This document shows, one piece after another, positions 1-8,387 of a stretch of 64,000 nt of DNA (position 1 is its first letter; the number at the start of each line of letters is the position of its first letter). The position numbers were made by a program, and so were the translations under genes. The notes beneath the pieces were generated by a model that was not told the origin of the DNA, did no database searches, and was given only the letters and a program-made list of their open reading frames with translations. Origin of the DNA: Bacteroidales bacterium (GTDB lineage: Bacteria; Bacteroidota; Bacteroidia; Bacteroidales; VadinHA17); NCBI GenBank assembly GCA_034678415.1, contig JAXDBV010000045.1:1317-65316 (forward strand), in the 5' to 3' direction.

Positions 1-189
1 TACCCCGATGCAGTGATCGAGATTTTTGACCGCTGGGGACAGCTGGTGTACCGTTCTGAAAATGGCTATGAAACACCATGGGATGGTAAATTCCATGGTC
101 GTCCTATGCCCATGGATTCATATCATTATGTGATTAAACTGAACCGTCAAACCAAAGCCATAACCGGGAACGTAACCATTGTTAAATAA
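1..189 (+). CDS. 3' end of a large secreted protein: T9SS type B C-terminal sorting domain (gliding-motility-associated CTD). The 5' part lies upstream of the window.
   Basis: Frame 1 is open from base 1 to the TAA at 187-189. The translation YPDAVIEIFDRWGQLVYRSENGYETPWDGKFHGRPMPMDSYHYVIKLNRQTKAITGNVTIVK aligns by eye with the C-terminus of the 53267-56653 protein (FPDAIVRIFSSWGTRVFESEAGYPVPWNGKFNGKDLPAGTYYYVIDL..GTVNIIK). A PorP/SprF gene follows 26 nt later. Confidence 0.8.
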   Translation, partial: YPDAVIEIFDRWGQLVYRSENGYETPWDGKFHGRPMPMDSYHYVIKLNRQTKAITGNVTIVK

Positions 190-215
190 TATCGTAAAAT
201 CTAAGATATAGACGT

Positions 216-1199
216 TTGAAAAAGCCGCTGTACATAATGGTTATCCTCGGTTTCCTGGCCGCACCTTCTTCTGGTCAGCAATTACCATTGTACAGTCAGT
301 ACATGATGAACGGCTTTCTTTTGAATCCAGCTATAGCCGGAAGCGACGGATACACCACATTTTCGCTTACTGCCAGGGAACAATGGCTGGGTTTTAACCA
401 GGCTCCCAAAACCCATGCCCTGAGCTTGCAGAGCCGTTTGTTGAAACGAAGCTACATCATCAAGGGAAGATCAGTGTATAATAAACGATTCAAACCCGCA
501 AGAACAGGACGTGTGGGGATTGGAGGCTATATCTATAATGACCGCAATGGACTGGTGAACCGGAATGGCGTTCAGTTCAGCTATGCCTATCATATTCGTC
601 TTCAACAATCACAGTTGTCATTCGGTCTTTCCGGTTCGGTCTTTCAGTTTAACCTGCTCGACGACCAGATATGGTTCCATGACCAAGAAATTGAACCCCT
701 GGTGTACGACGGTTCAACACGCCGGGTACTCTTTGTGCCGGATGCGAACTTTGGGGTGTATTTACTGAACTATAATTACTATGCCGGATTATCTGTTGCC
801 CAGCTTTTCCAGTCGTATCTTAAGATCGGTAACAATACCTTCGACAATTACCGGTTATTGAGGCACTTTTATTTCACAACCGGGTATACATTTGATCTGG
901 GAAACGGTTTTGCACTGGAACCCTCTCTTCTTCTAAAAACAACCGAAACATGGAGGACACAGCTGGATATCAATACAAAGATTCTCTATCAGCAGGACTT
1001 ATGGCTGGGAGCGTCCTTCCGGACAGGTACTTCCCTGATCCTGATGGGAGGGTTCAGGGTGAACCAGCTGTATTTCGGATATGCCTTTGATTATACACTT
1101 TCCAGCATCATGAAATACAGCCTTGGTTCACACGAGGTGATGATTGCTCTTAAGCTGGGAGATAATGCACGCAGATACCGCTGGCTGGAACGGTACTGA
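216..1199 (+). CDS. PorP/SprF family type IX secretion system membrane protein
   Basis: 327-aa ORF with a signal peptide, then QQLPLYSQYMMNGFLLNPAIAGS, the characteristic N-terminal motif of PorP/SprF beta-barrel proteins. The C-terminal part (SHEVMIALKLG) matches its paralog at 56666-57556 (SHEIMLVYRF). It lies directly downstream of a type B CTD gene. The start is TTG at 216; ATG at 237 is an alternative. Confidence 0.85.
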   Translation: MKKPLYIMVILGFLAAPSSGQQLPLYSQYMMNGFLLNPAIAGSDGYTTFSLTAREQWLGFNQAPKTHALSLQSRLLKRSYIIKGRSVYNKRFKPARTGRVGIGGYIYNDRNGLVNRNGVQFSYAYHIRLQQSQLSFGLSGSVFQFNLLDDQIWFHDQEIEPLVYDGSTRRVLFVPDANFGVYLLNYNYYAGLSVAQLFQSYLKIGNNTFDNYRLLRHFYFTTGYTFDLGNGFALEPSLLLKTTETWRTQLDINTKILYQQDLWLGASFRTGTSLILMGGFRVNQLYFGYAFDYTLSSIMKYSLGSHEVMIALKLGDNARRYRWLERY

Positions 1200-1208
1200 T
1201 CAGTATTT

Positions 1209-2726
1209 CTATAGTTTCTTAAAGTATTCTCCCCACTTCCCCGGCTTCTTCCATTTATTCCAGAACTGTCCTAGCCTTTCAATCTCAATTCTCTCATAGA
1301 ATCCAAAGGGATACAGCACCAGGGGAAATGCTATGATCATCATGCTCTTGATAATCAACCTCAAAGCAAGGCTGAGATCGTTAATGAGAAGTGACAGGAT
1401 ACACATGACAACAGCCACCGTTACCATCAGGGCTACTTTGTTCAGCTCGTAGGGAATCCTGAAATATTTCTGGGAGAAAAAGTATATCATCCCGAAATAC
1501 AATGCCTGTGAAATCAAGGCTGCGAAAGCAGCTCCCATGTACTGGAAAACCGGGATAAGCAGAAGATTCAGGGCGATATTCACACATGCCACGACCATTA
1601 CTACCATTGCCGTTACTGTTGTCCGTTTGGTAAGATTAATACCCGTGAGGGAAACATCGCGGAGCATGGTGAACAGAATGGCAAAACACAGCACGGGGAT
1701 TACGTTAGAAGCTTCCCAGTAACTGATGTTCCTTGACAGGACTTTTACAATCTCTTTCCCGAACAATGATATGAAGAGAACAAAAAACATTAGCCCGTAG
1801 GTGAAGTAGGTCATCACTTTTGAGTAGAACCGTTTGGCATTTGGTGAGTCGATCATCCTGAAGATAATGGGCTGAAGGGCCAGCTGTACGGAGGTGATGA
1901 TAAAGACCCTTAGAGTATTGGCGATCCTGAATCCCAGGTTATAAATGCCGACCTGATACAGGTCCGTCTTGAATTTCAGAACATAACGGTCGGTTACCGT
2001 AAGGATAATGCCTGTTATTGAAGTGAGGAGGAGCGGCATGCTGAAAGCGATCATCTCCCCCAGTATCTTTCTTTCAAAACGGATATGAATGTTTTTAATG
2101 ATATAGGTTGCCGATACCAGGAAGAAAACCATATTGCCGATAATCTGGGCCTCGTATATACCCTCCGCCTTTTTCCCCTTCACGACCACAAAATAGACGG
2201 TAAAGACTAAAGATACCAGTAGCTTAAGGATGTTGAGAAGAGAATAAAATCCCGGTTTCTCCTGCAAACGGATGAGGGTCAGCACTACCACGCACAGTGC
2301 TTCCAGGCATGATGAGAATAAAAGCAATGAAATGATATAGGAATAGCCGGCATTGTCAAAGAGAAGAACCGACAGGTGATCCTTGAGGGAATACAACAGC
2401 AGGGATATTACGAGGGATATGGATGCGATGAATACAAGAATAGTGAAGAAGATGGATTTCTGGTTTTTTATATAGTTCTTATCCCAGTACCACCTGAAGT
2501 ATGCACTGTAAAGGCTGACACCGTAAACCGCCACAAGGATCTGCACGGAAACATCTGTTAATCCCAGTATCCCGTACTCAGCTGTGGTAAGACGGGTGGT
2601 ATAAAGAGGGATCAGAATAAATCCCATCAGCTTGGATACCATGTTTCCAAGGCTGTAAATAAGCGTACCTTTGATTGTGGAGCGCAGCGTGTCAAGCATG
2701 CTTTCAGGTGTTAATGGAAGCGACAT
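1209..2726 (-). CDS. Polysaccharide/oligosaccharide flippase (Wzx-like, MOP superfamily)
   Basis: 505 aa and hydrophobic throughout, with about 12-14 predicted TM segments. The N-terminus (IKGTLIYSLGNMVSKLMGFILIPLYTTRLTTAEYGILG) is typical of polysaccharide biosynthesis (Wzx) proteins. It is the last gene of a glycan operon. Confidence 0.8.
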   Translation of the reverse strand: MSLPLTPESMLDTLRSTIKGTLIYSLGNMVSKLMGFILIPLYTTRLTTAEYGILGLTDVSVQILVAVYGVSLYSAYFRWYWDKNYIKNQKSIFFTILVFIASISLVISLLLYSLKDHLSVLLFDNAGYSYIISLLLFSSCLEALCVVVLTLIRLQEKPGFYSLLNILKLLVSLVFTVYFVVVKGKKAEGIYEAQIIGNMVFFLVSATYIIKNIHIRFERKILGEMIAFSMPLLLTSITGIILTVTDRYVLKFKTDLYQVGIYNLGFRIANTLRVFIITSVQLALQPIIFRMIDSPNAKRFYSKVMTYFTYGLMFFVLFISLFGKEIVKVLSRNISYWEASNVIPVLCFAILFTMLRDVSLTGINLTKRTTVTAMVVMVVACVNIALNLLLIPVFQYMGAAFAALISQALYFGMIYFFSQKYFRIPYELNKVALMVTVAVVMCILSLLINDLSLALRLIIKSMMIIAFPLVLYPFGFYERIEIERLGQFWNKWKKPGKWGEYFKKL

Positions 2727-3942
2727 AGGTGCTTAAAGCCCTCATCATCCATGCCTGTGCCCACCGCATGTATGGGATTTTTGATTTGAAAACAATGCCG
2801 GTGAACCGGCTTTTCAGAAATCCATAACAGAAATATCCTTTCCCTGTCTGCAGGTGTCTGATCGTCCAATCAAGAACCTTGCCGGCTATTGAAATGGAAC
2901 CGGGGAATGTTTTTCCCAGGGTACATAGGCAGTTAATCGCTTCGGCACAGGAGTGTATGTCAATCCTGTATGTTCTGTTTGGAAGAAGCTTAGGGATGGT
3001 TTCCCTGCGAAAAAAATGTTTCACATAATGCCGGTAGCATCTTTCAAGGGCAGTATACACCTTCCCGTTTCCTGTCATAATCCAGATGGAATGAAGCATC
3101 CTGAGTACAAAACAGGTATGGTAATGATCGATGAAACGGGCTGGTTTTTCGGGGGGGCCGTTGTAATCGAACGAACCGTCGTCCGCCTGTGATGCCAGCG
3201 TGTAGTTCACCGCCCGGATTCCCATGTCGATCCATCCCTGGTTATTGACCTTCTTCCCGATCCTGATAAGATATTCAGCCACAAACAGGTTCAGGTTATG
3301 GACATGATTAACATAGAGCGGGGTATAGGAGAAGCACAGGCTGTCATTCCCCGTCTCGTGCTTTGGCAGAACGGCAAGAAAATGAGCTATATTGATGCAT
3401 TCCTTCAGGTATGATTCATCCGAAAGGAAAGAAAAGGCTTTCCAGAAGGCCTCTCCAGCAACGGTGGTTACTATTCCGTTGGGTGTTCCGGCCGGGATCA
3501 ATTGATTCGAATACCAGTCAAAGGGATATCCCCAGGCAGAGCCGTCAACGTTCATGGCCTTGTTATGTGACAGCCAGTCCAGGCATTCATGTGCTTTACT
3601 GAACCACTTCTCTTCCCTGGTAAGGTTATAAAGATCAAGATAGGCACAGGCAAACAATCCCATGGCTTTTGCATTAATCTGTGGCTTCACATTCATGAGA
3701 TTCCTGAAGAACAGGGGGAAATGGTTGAAAACCTCAAAAACAATTTCCCTGCGTATTGCCGAGCGGCGGTTTTCTAACGCCTTTTCGGAAATTCTCAGTA
3801 CCCATTCTTTAGCCCTGATGTCGTACGGATCCCATCCTGCCCAGCCATTGTTTTCAATCCATAGGTCAAGCATTTCAAGCGATTTCCAGGCCCTTTTCTT
3901 TATGTCTTCATTCATGAGTACAACGATGAATAAATACCGCAA
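2704..3942 (-). CDS. Hypothetical soluble protein in the polysaccharide operon; function unknown, an alpha/alpha-toroid-like enzyme is only a guess
   Basis: 412-aa ORF with no TM segments. It ends 23 nt inside the flippase start and begins 1 nt after the methyltransferase stop. W/Y/H-rich motifs (GWAGWDPYD, AWGYPFDWYS, IDHYHTCF) recur, which suggests a carbohydrate-binding or modifying fold. I recognise no family with confidence. Confidence 0.6.
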   Translation of the reverse strand: MRYLFIVVLMNEDIKKRAWKSLEMLDLWIENNGWAGWDPYDIRAKEWVLRISEKALENRRSAIRREIVFEVFNHFPLFFRNLMNVKPQINAKAMGLFACAYLDLYNLTREEKWFSKAHECLDWLSHNKAMNVDGSAWGYPFDWYSNQLIPAGTPNGIVTTVAGEAFWKAFSFLSDESYLKECINIAHFLAVLPKHETGNDSLCFSYTPLYVNHVHNLNLFVAEYLIRIGKKVNNQGWIDMGIRAVNYTLASQADDGSFDYNGPPEKPARFIDHYHTCFVLRMLHSIWIMTGNGKVYTALERCYRHYVKHFFRRETIPKLLPNRTYRIDIHSCAEAINCLCTLGKTFPGSISIAGKVLDWTIRHLQTGKGYFCYGFLKSRFTGIVFKSKIPYMRWAQAWMMRALSTYVASINT

Positions 3943-3943
3943 T

Positions 3944-4780
3944 TTAATACTTCATATAATATGAATACATATGATCATAAAAGGGTATTTTGTTAAAAAA
4001 ACTGTTGTCAATCATCTGTACCGACTTCCGGATTAATAGATTGACGATGGGTATCCCGGGAAACGGGTTGATCATTCCTCCGGAGGTATAGTATCTTTTT
4101 ACCAGTGCCATATTCTTCTGTCCGAGGAGCTGGTCGAGGTATTTCCTGGAGAATAAGTTCAGGTGTTCAGGAGGACGGTACATATGCCAGCTCTTCCCTG
4201 TCATATTGGCAATATATGTTTTTAGTGACTGGTGAGTTGGAATGAGGATCACAAGTAATCCTCCCTGTGGGATTACGGGTACTAGCCTGTCCAGCAAAAC
4301 GGCGGGATTTTCAATGTGTTCCAGCAGAGCGAAGCACGACACAATGTCAAATTTATGGGTAAAGTCAATATTCTCAGCGAAGTCATTATGCACCTTTAAT
4401 CCGCGTTTCCGGGCAATTTCGGCGAAGCTGGCTGACAACTCTATGCCCTCGCACTGCACATTCCTGTCAAAATGCAGGAGAAAATCCCCCGTTCTGCAGC
4501 CCACATCGAGAACTGATCGTGGTTGTCTGCCCAGCAAACGGGTTGTGATCATAACCTGTTTTGCCCATGACTTGTTGGGATAGAATTCTTGAGGGAAATG
4601 CCCCCTCCTGGTTGAAAAATCATTATACATCTGTTTCAGTGATGCCTCGTGTTCCCCGGGATCGAAAAATTGACTTCCGCAACTATGGCAGGAGTATAGT
4701 GAATAGGTGAACTGGTTGTATGGAGAAATAACTTGCTTGTTTATCTGGCAATCCGCATAACCACAAAATCTACATTTCAT
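3944..4780 (-). CDS. Class I SAM-dependent methyltransferase with an N-terminal CxxC...CxxC zinc ribbon
   Basis: SAM motif I VLDVGCRTGDFLL, an acidic post-I residue (GIELS), and ALLEHIENP. The N-terminus is MKCRFCGYADC...CHSCGSQFF. I place the start at the ATG at 4780, 1 nt downstream of the upstream gene's stop (TGAtATG), rather than the track's 4846. Confidence 0.8.
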   Translation of the reverse strand: MKCRFCGYADCQINKQVISPYNQFTYSLYSCHSCGSQFFDPGEHEASLKQMYNDFSTRRGHFPQEFYPNKSWAKQVMITTRLLGRQPRSVLDVGCRTGDFLLHFDRNVQCEGIELSASFAEIARKRGLKVHNDFAENIDFTHKFDIVSCFALLEHIENPAVLLDRLVPVIPQGGLLVILIPTHQSLKTYIANMTGKSWHMYRPPEHLNLFSRKYLDQLLGQKNMALVKRYYTSGGMINPFPGIPIVNLLIRKSVQMIDNSFFNKIPFYDHMYSYYMKY

Positions 4781-4781
4781 A

Positions 4782-5636
4782 TCACTGTTGACTTTCGATG
4801 AGTTTTTTGAGTCCTTCCCTGAAAGATACCCTTGGAACCCATCCAAGCTGTCCGGAAATGCGTGAATAGTCAGCCCTTATATCGGGAATTTCGTTTTTCC
4901 GGCCTTTACCGGTTGAGACTATTTTTTTCTTTGTTCCCGTAAGACTCATGATGAGTTCGATGGTTTCACCAACACTGAACGATGTACCAGAACCCACATT
5001 ATAGATCCCCGGTTTGTCGTTATGCAGGAAGGTCAGCAACAATGCTTCCACGAGATCATTTATATACAGGAAATCCCTTTTGGGTCGGACATCATTTACC
5101 ACGATCTCGCCCGAATCAGGATTCCTAACCTGGGTCAGGATTTCGGGAATCAGGAATTCTGGACGCTGGCCCGGTCCATAGATATTAAATGGCCTCAATA
5201 CAGTGATGTTCAATCCAAACTGCTCTGTATAGAAGGAACACAGCGATTCCGCCAGGACCTTACTGTGCATATAGGGATTATTGGGTTTAAGCGGGTGTTT
5301 TTCATCGATGGGAAGATACTTCGGTATGCCATATACATAAGCGCTAATAAAGGTTAATCCTGCGGAGTTTTTCCTGCAGTAATCAAGAATGTTCACCATT
5401 CCGCAAACATTGACACGGTAAAAATCGGCGGGTTTTTTCCAGCTTAATGGTACAAAACTCAGTCCGGCCAGGTGAAACACGTGGTCGGCATGCGGAAAAG
5501 GAGGCATCATAGTGCTGATATCTCCCTGATCTAAATCAAATTCAAGAATATGATAATCCTCACTCATCTGTTTGAAACGGTGTACAAGGGCACTGCCGAT
5601 GAATCCTTTTGAGCCGGTGATGAGGATATCAGGCAT
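4782..5636 (-). CDS. NAD-dependent epimerase/dehydratase family protein (extended SDR; probable NDP-sugar epimerase/reductase)
   Basis: Rossmann motif ILITGSKGFIGSALV and the catalytic YxxxK region (NPYMHSKVLAE). The start is taken at MPDILITG (5636), overlapping the upstream stop by 8 nt; the track ORF extends to 5666. Confidence 0.8.
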   Translation of the reverse strand: MPDILITGSKGFIGSALVHRFKQMSEDYHILEFDLDQGDISTMMPPFPHADHVFHLAGLSFVPLSWKKPADFYRVNVCGMVNILDYCRKNSAGLTFISAYVYGIPKYLPIDEKHPLKPNNPYMHSKVLAESLCSFYTEQFGLNITVLRPFNIYGPGQRPEFLIPEILTQVRNPDSGEIVVNDVRPKRDFLYINDLVEALLLTFLHNDKPGIYNVGSGTSFSVGETIELIMSLTGTKKKIVSTGKGRKNEIPDIRADYSRISGQLGWVPRVSFREGLKKLIESQQ

Positions 5637-6345
5637 CGGGAAGGAAGAATGATGGATTTTTCTCAAAAACGGTTATGGCTTGTTCATAATCTTCGGGTCT
5701 CCCGATATCGAGCCAATAGCCGTCAAACATTATAACCCGGGCAGGTCTTTTTATACTGATTAGTTGCAGCATCAGCTGATCAAAACCATATGAGGTGTTT
5801 TTCGGGATGTATTCAAGGATGCTGCGGTTCACCATATAGATGCCCATGGAAACGTTATAATGGATTTTAGGTTTCTCCTGGAATCCGGTTAGCAGACCTG
5901 TCTTATCCGTATCCAGCACACCAAATTCACTGTCGATGGTTCTTCCGAATCCGGAGATTGTGAACGGGTTTCCTTGCCTGAGATGAAGTGTGTAGAACTC
6001 GCTGTAATTGAGGTTTGTCAGCACATCACCGTTCATCACCAGGAAATCCTGCGGAAGGTCGGGGATGCAAGTCAGGGGACCCATAGTGCCCAGCGGTTTG
6101 TCCTCAAATGAATAATCGATGGTTGTCTTCCATTTTTCTCCATTACCGAAATAGGCTTTTATGATATCAGCCTGATGGCTGACCGTCAGTGTGATTCTGT
6201 CAAATCCATTGTATACAAGCTGTTTTACAATGATTTCGAGGATGGGGTAATTACCCAGGGGAACCAATGGTTTGGGCAGTGATATTGTATAAGGTTTCAG
6301 GCGGGTGCCTTTTCCGCCGGCAAGTATGATCGCCCTTTTAGACAT
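5629..6345 (-). CDS. Sugar-phosphate nucleotidyltransferase (NTP_transferase family)
   Basis: N-terminal MSKRAIILAGGKGTRLKPYT (the G-x-G-T-R-L signature of sugar-1-phosphate nucleotidylyltransferases). At 238 aa it is in the size range of CDP/GDP-sugar pyrophosphorylases. The nucleotide specificity cannot be read from the sequence. Confidence 0.8.
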   Translation of the reverse strand: MSKRAIILAGGKGTRLKPYTISLPKPLVPLGNYPILEIIVKQLVYNGFDRITLTVSHQADIIKAYFGNGEKWKTTIDYSFEDKPLGTMGPLTCIPDLPQDFLVMNGDVLTNLNYSEFYTLHLRQGNPFTISGFGRTIDSEFGVLDTDKTGLLTGFQEKPKIHYNVSMGIYMVNRSILEYIPKNTSYGFDQLMLQLISIKRPARVIMFDGYWLDIGRPEDYEQAITVFEKNPSFFLPDA

Positions 6346-7330
6346 TATAGATATCTGTTTTATATTTTTTCAGGTTGCCGGGTATTTGAAACCAGTGGAT
6401 AGTTTCTGCCAATCCCTGCTCAAAGGTGTACTCCTGGCTGTATTGCGTCAGTGACCTTATTTTCCCGGTATCTGCCACGAGCCTGTAAACCTCAGAGGAA
6501 TCAGGTCTTATCCTGACCGGATCTTCGATGAGAACGGCATCCGACCGCATCAGTTTTCGGATCATTTCGAAAGCCTGACGAATGGAATATTCCTTTCCGG
6601 AACCGATATTGTACATTTCACCAATGGCTTCTTCCCTGCCGGCAAGCATAACAAGACCTTTACAGGTATCTTTCACATAGTTGAAATCGCGGGTGGGAGA
6701 GGTATTCCCAAGCTTAATTTCCTTGCTGCCGTGGATGATCTGTGTGATTATGGCTGGAATAACGGCCCTGGCAGACTGTCTTGGGCCATACGTGTTAAAT
6801 GGCCTTGCAATCACCACGGGCAGATGGTATGAGCAATGAAAGCTTTTTACCACAGCGTCTGCTGCTATCTTGCTGGCGCTGTATGGTGACTGTGCCTGTA
6901 GCGGATGATCCTCGTTAATGGGCACATGCCTGGCCGTTCCATACACTTCACTGGTGGAAGTATGAACAAAGCATTTTACCCCTTTTTCCTGAGCGGCCCG
7001 GCAAAGATTCAGGGTTCCCCTGACATTGGTGTCAAAATATGATTCAGGAGCCTGGTACGAATAGGGTATAGCTATCAGGGCAGCCAGATGGAATACGATT
7101 TCCATATCACTGCATATTTTCTGTGCCAGCGAGCAGTCGCGGATATCACCTGCCACCACTTCAATCTGGTCGAGGCAGGGAAGGTCTTCAAGCCAGCCCC
7201 AGTGATTGAAGGAGTTATAGCATGAGAGTGCTCTCACGCGGGCACCCAATCCAACCAGCATTTCAACCAGGTGGGATCCGATAAAACCATCCGCCCCGGT
7301 TACCAGTGTCCTGACTCCTTTATAATTCAT
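6338..7330 (-). CDS. NDP-sugar 4,6-dehydratase-like extended SDR
   Basis: TLVTGADGFIGSHLVE Rossmann motif, STSEVYG, and catalytic SPYSASKIAAD (YxxxK). The YNSFNHWGWLE segment is reminiscent of the LegB/RmlB-like dehydratase subgroup. It overlaps its neighbours by 8 and 11 nt. Confidence 0.75.
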   Translation of the reverse strand: MNYKGVRTLVTGADGFIGSHLVEMLVGLGARVRALSCYNSFNHWGWLEDLPCLDQIEVVAGDIRDCSLAQKICSDMEIVFHLAALIAIPYSYQAPESYFDTNVRGTLNLCRAAQEKGVKCFVHTSTSEVYGTARHVPINEDHPLQAQSPYSASKIAADAVVKSFHCSYHLPVVIARPFNTYGPRQSARAVIPAIITQIIHGSKEIKLGNTSPTRDFNYVKDTCKGLVMLAGREEAIGEMYNIGSGKEYSIRQAFEMIRKLMRSDAVLIEDPVRIRPDSSEVYRLVADTGKIRSLTQYSQEYTFEQGLAETIHWFQIPGNLKKYKTDIYNV

Positions 7331-8387
7331 AAACCTCCTGTATTAAGGGGTAGATAAATTTCTTCTTCTTCACCCTCTCTATCTTCCACTCAACCTTTCT
7401 TCTTTCACCATTGTAAAAATATAACAATTTCTCATACAGATCATTCATCTGCCTGTTCCTGAATAAAGTGACATCCTCAGGCCTGATCACACAATCGCTG
7501 GCGATAACAGGTGTTTCAACCCATAAAGCTTCCTTGATTGATACGGCTGACCCGTCTGTATTGGTAGGCCGGAGGAACACATCAGAGGCCATGAAAACCG
7601 GCCACACCTCAGGCAGATCGTCATAGATCAGTAAAACATGATCGCGAAGCCTGTTACCTTGGATGAAATCTGTAAATGAACGGTGTATCTGGTCGTTCCT
7701 GATACCGTTTATGCTGGCAACCAGGTAGATTGGCTTTCCTTCATCAATGAATTTCTTCAGCACACCAATGACAAGGTCAAAACCATAGAGATCCTCGTCA
7801 TGATACCTGTCGAACCATCCGGTCATCGATACGACAAACCGGCCATTACTGAAAAAGCTCCGGTAGGGACGCATAATATTTGCATAAACCGCCGGATCCC
7901 AGGAAGCGGGGATAAAGGCATCGATTTCATTAATCGTTCGGGGTTGATAGAAACTTATCTCATTAGCGATTGTCTGATTATCGGCAATGATATGCAGATT
8001 GGGGATCAACTGTTTCATGAGCCATGAGTCGAATCCTCGTTTAGCGATAAAATCACTCATGCTGGCACCATGCAGGTGTAAGTATATATTCCTGCGGAAG
8101 AAACCGATCAGGCCGAACAGGATCCTCAAAATATTATCGGTCGTATGGGTATGAACCAGTTTGTACTTTCTGAAAAGGAACAACAGTACCTTCAGGTATT
8201 TTATCTTGCCGTAGAGCCGGATACTTCCGGGGATTTTTGTGTTCCCGGAATTATAAAAGACAAACGAGCCTGAGGGAAGGCATTTCAGCACACGCTGGAT
8301 ATGTACCGATATTCCCCCATACGGAGGGGGATATGGCCCGATAATGGCTATCTTGTCACGTGTCATCACATCACAGGAATTTTTCAA
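7320..8387 (-). CDS. Glycosyltransferase (GT-B fold, GT4-like)
   Basis: N-terminal IAIIGPYPPPYGGISVH and C-terminal DGSAVSIKEALWVETPVIASD are typical of GT1/GT4 retaining transferases. An alternative start, MTRDK at 8366, would leave a 4-nt gap after the upstream stop. Confidence 0.7.
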   Translation of the reverse strand: MKNSCDVMTRDKIAIIGPYPPPYGGISVHIQRVLKCLPSGSFVFYNSGNTKIPGSIRLYGKIKYLKVLLFLFRKYKLVHTHTTDNILRILFGLIGFFRRNIYLHLHGASMSDFIAKRGFDSWLMKQLIPNLHIIADNQTIANEISFYQPRTINEIDAFIPASWDPAVYANIMRPYRSFFSNGRFVVSMTGWFDRYHDEDLYGFDLVIGVLKKFIDEGKPIYLVASINGIRNDQIHRSFTDFIQGNRLRDHVLLIYDDLPEVWPVFMASDVFLRPTNTDGSAVSIKEALWVETPVIASDCVIRPEDVTLFRNRQMNDLYEKLLYFYNGERRKVEWKIERVKKKKFIYPLIQEVYEL

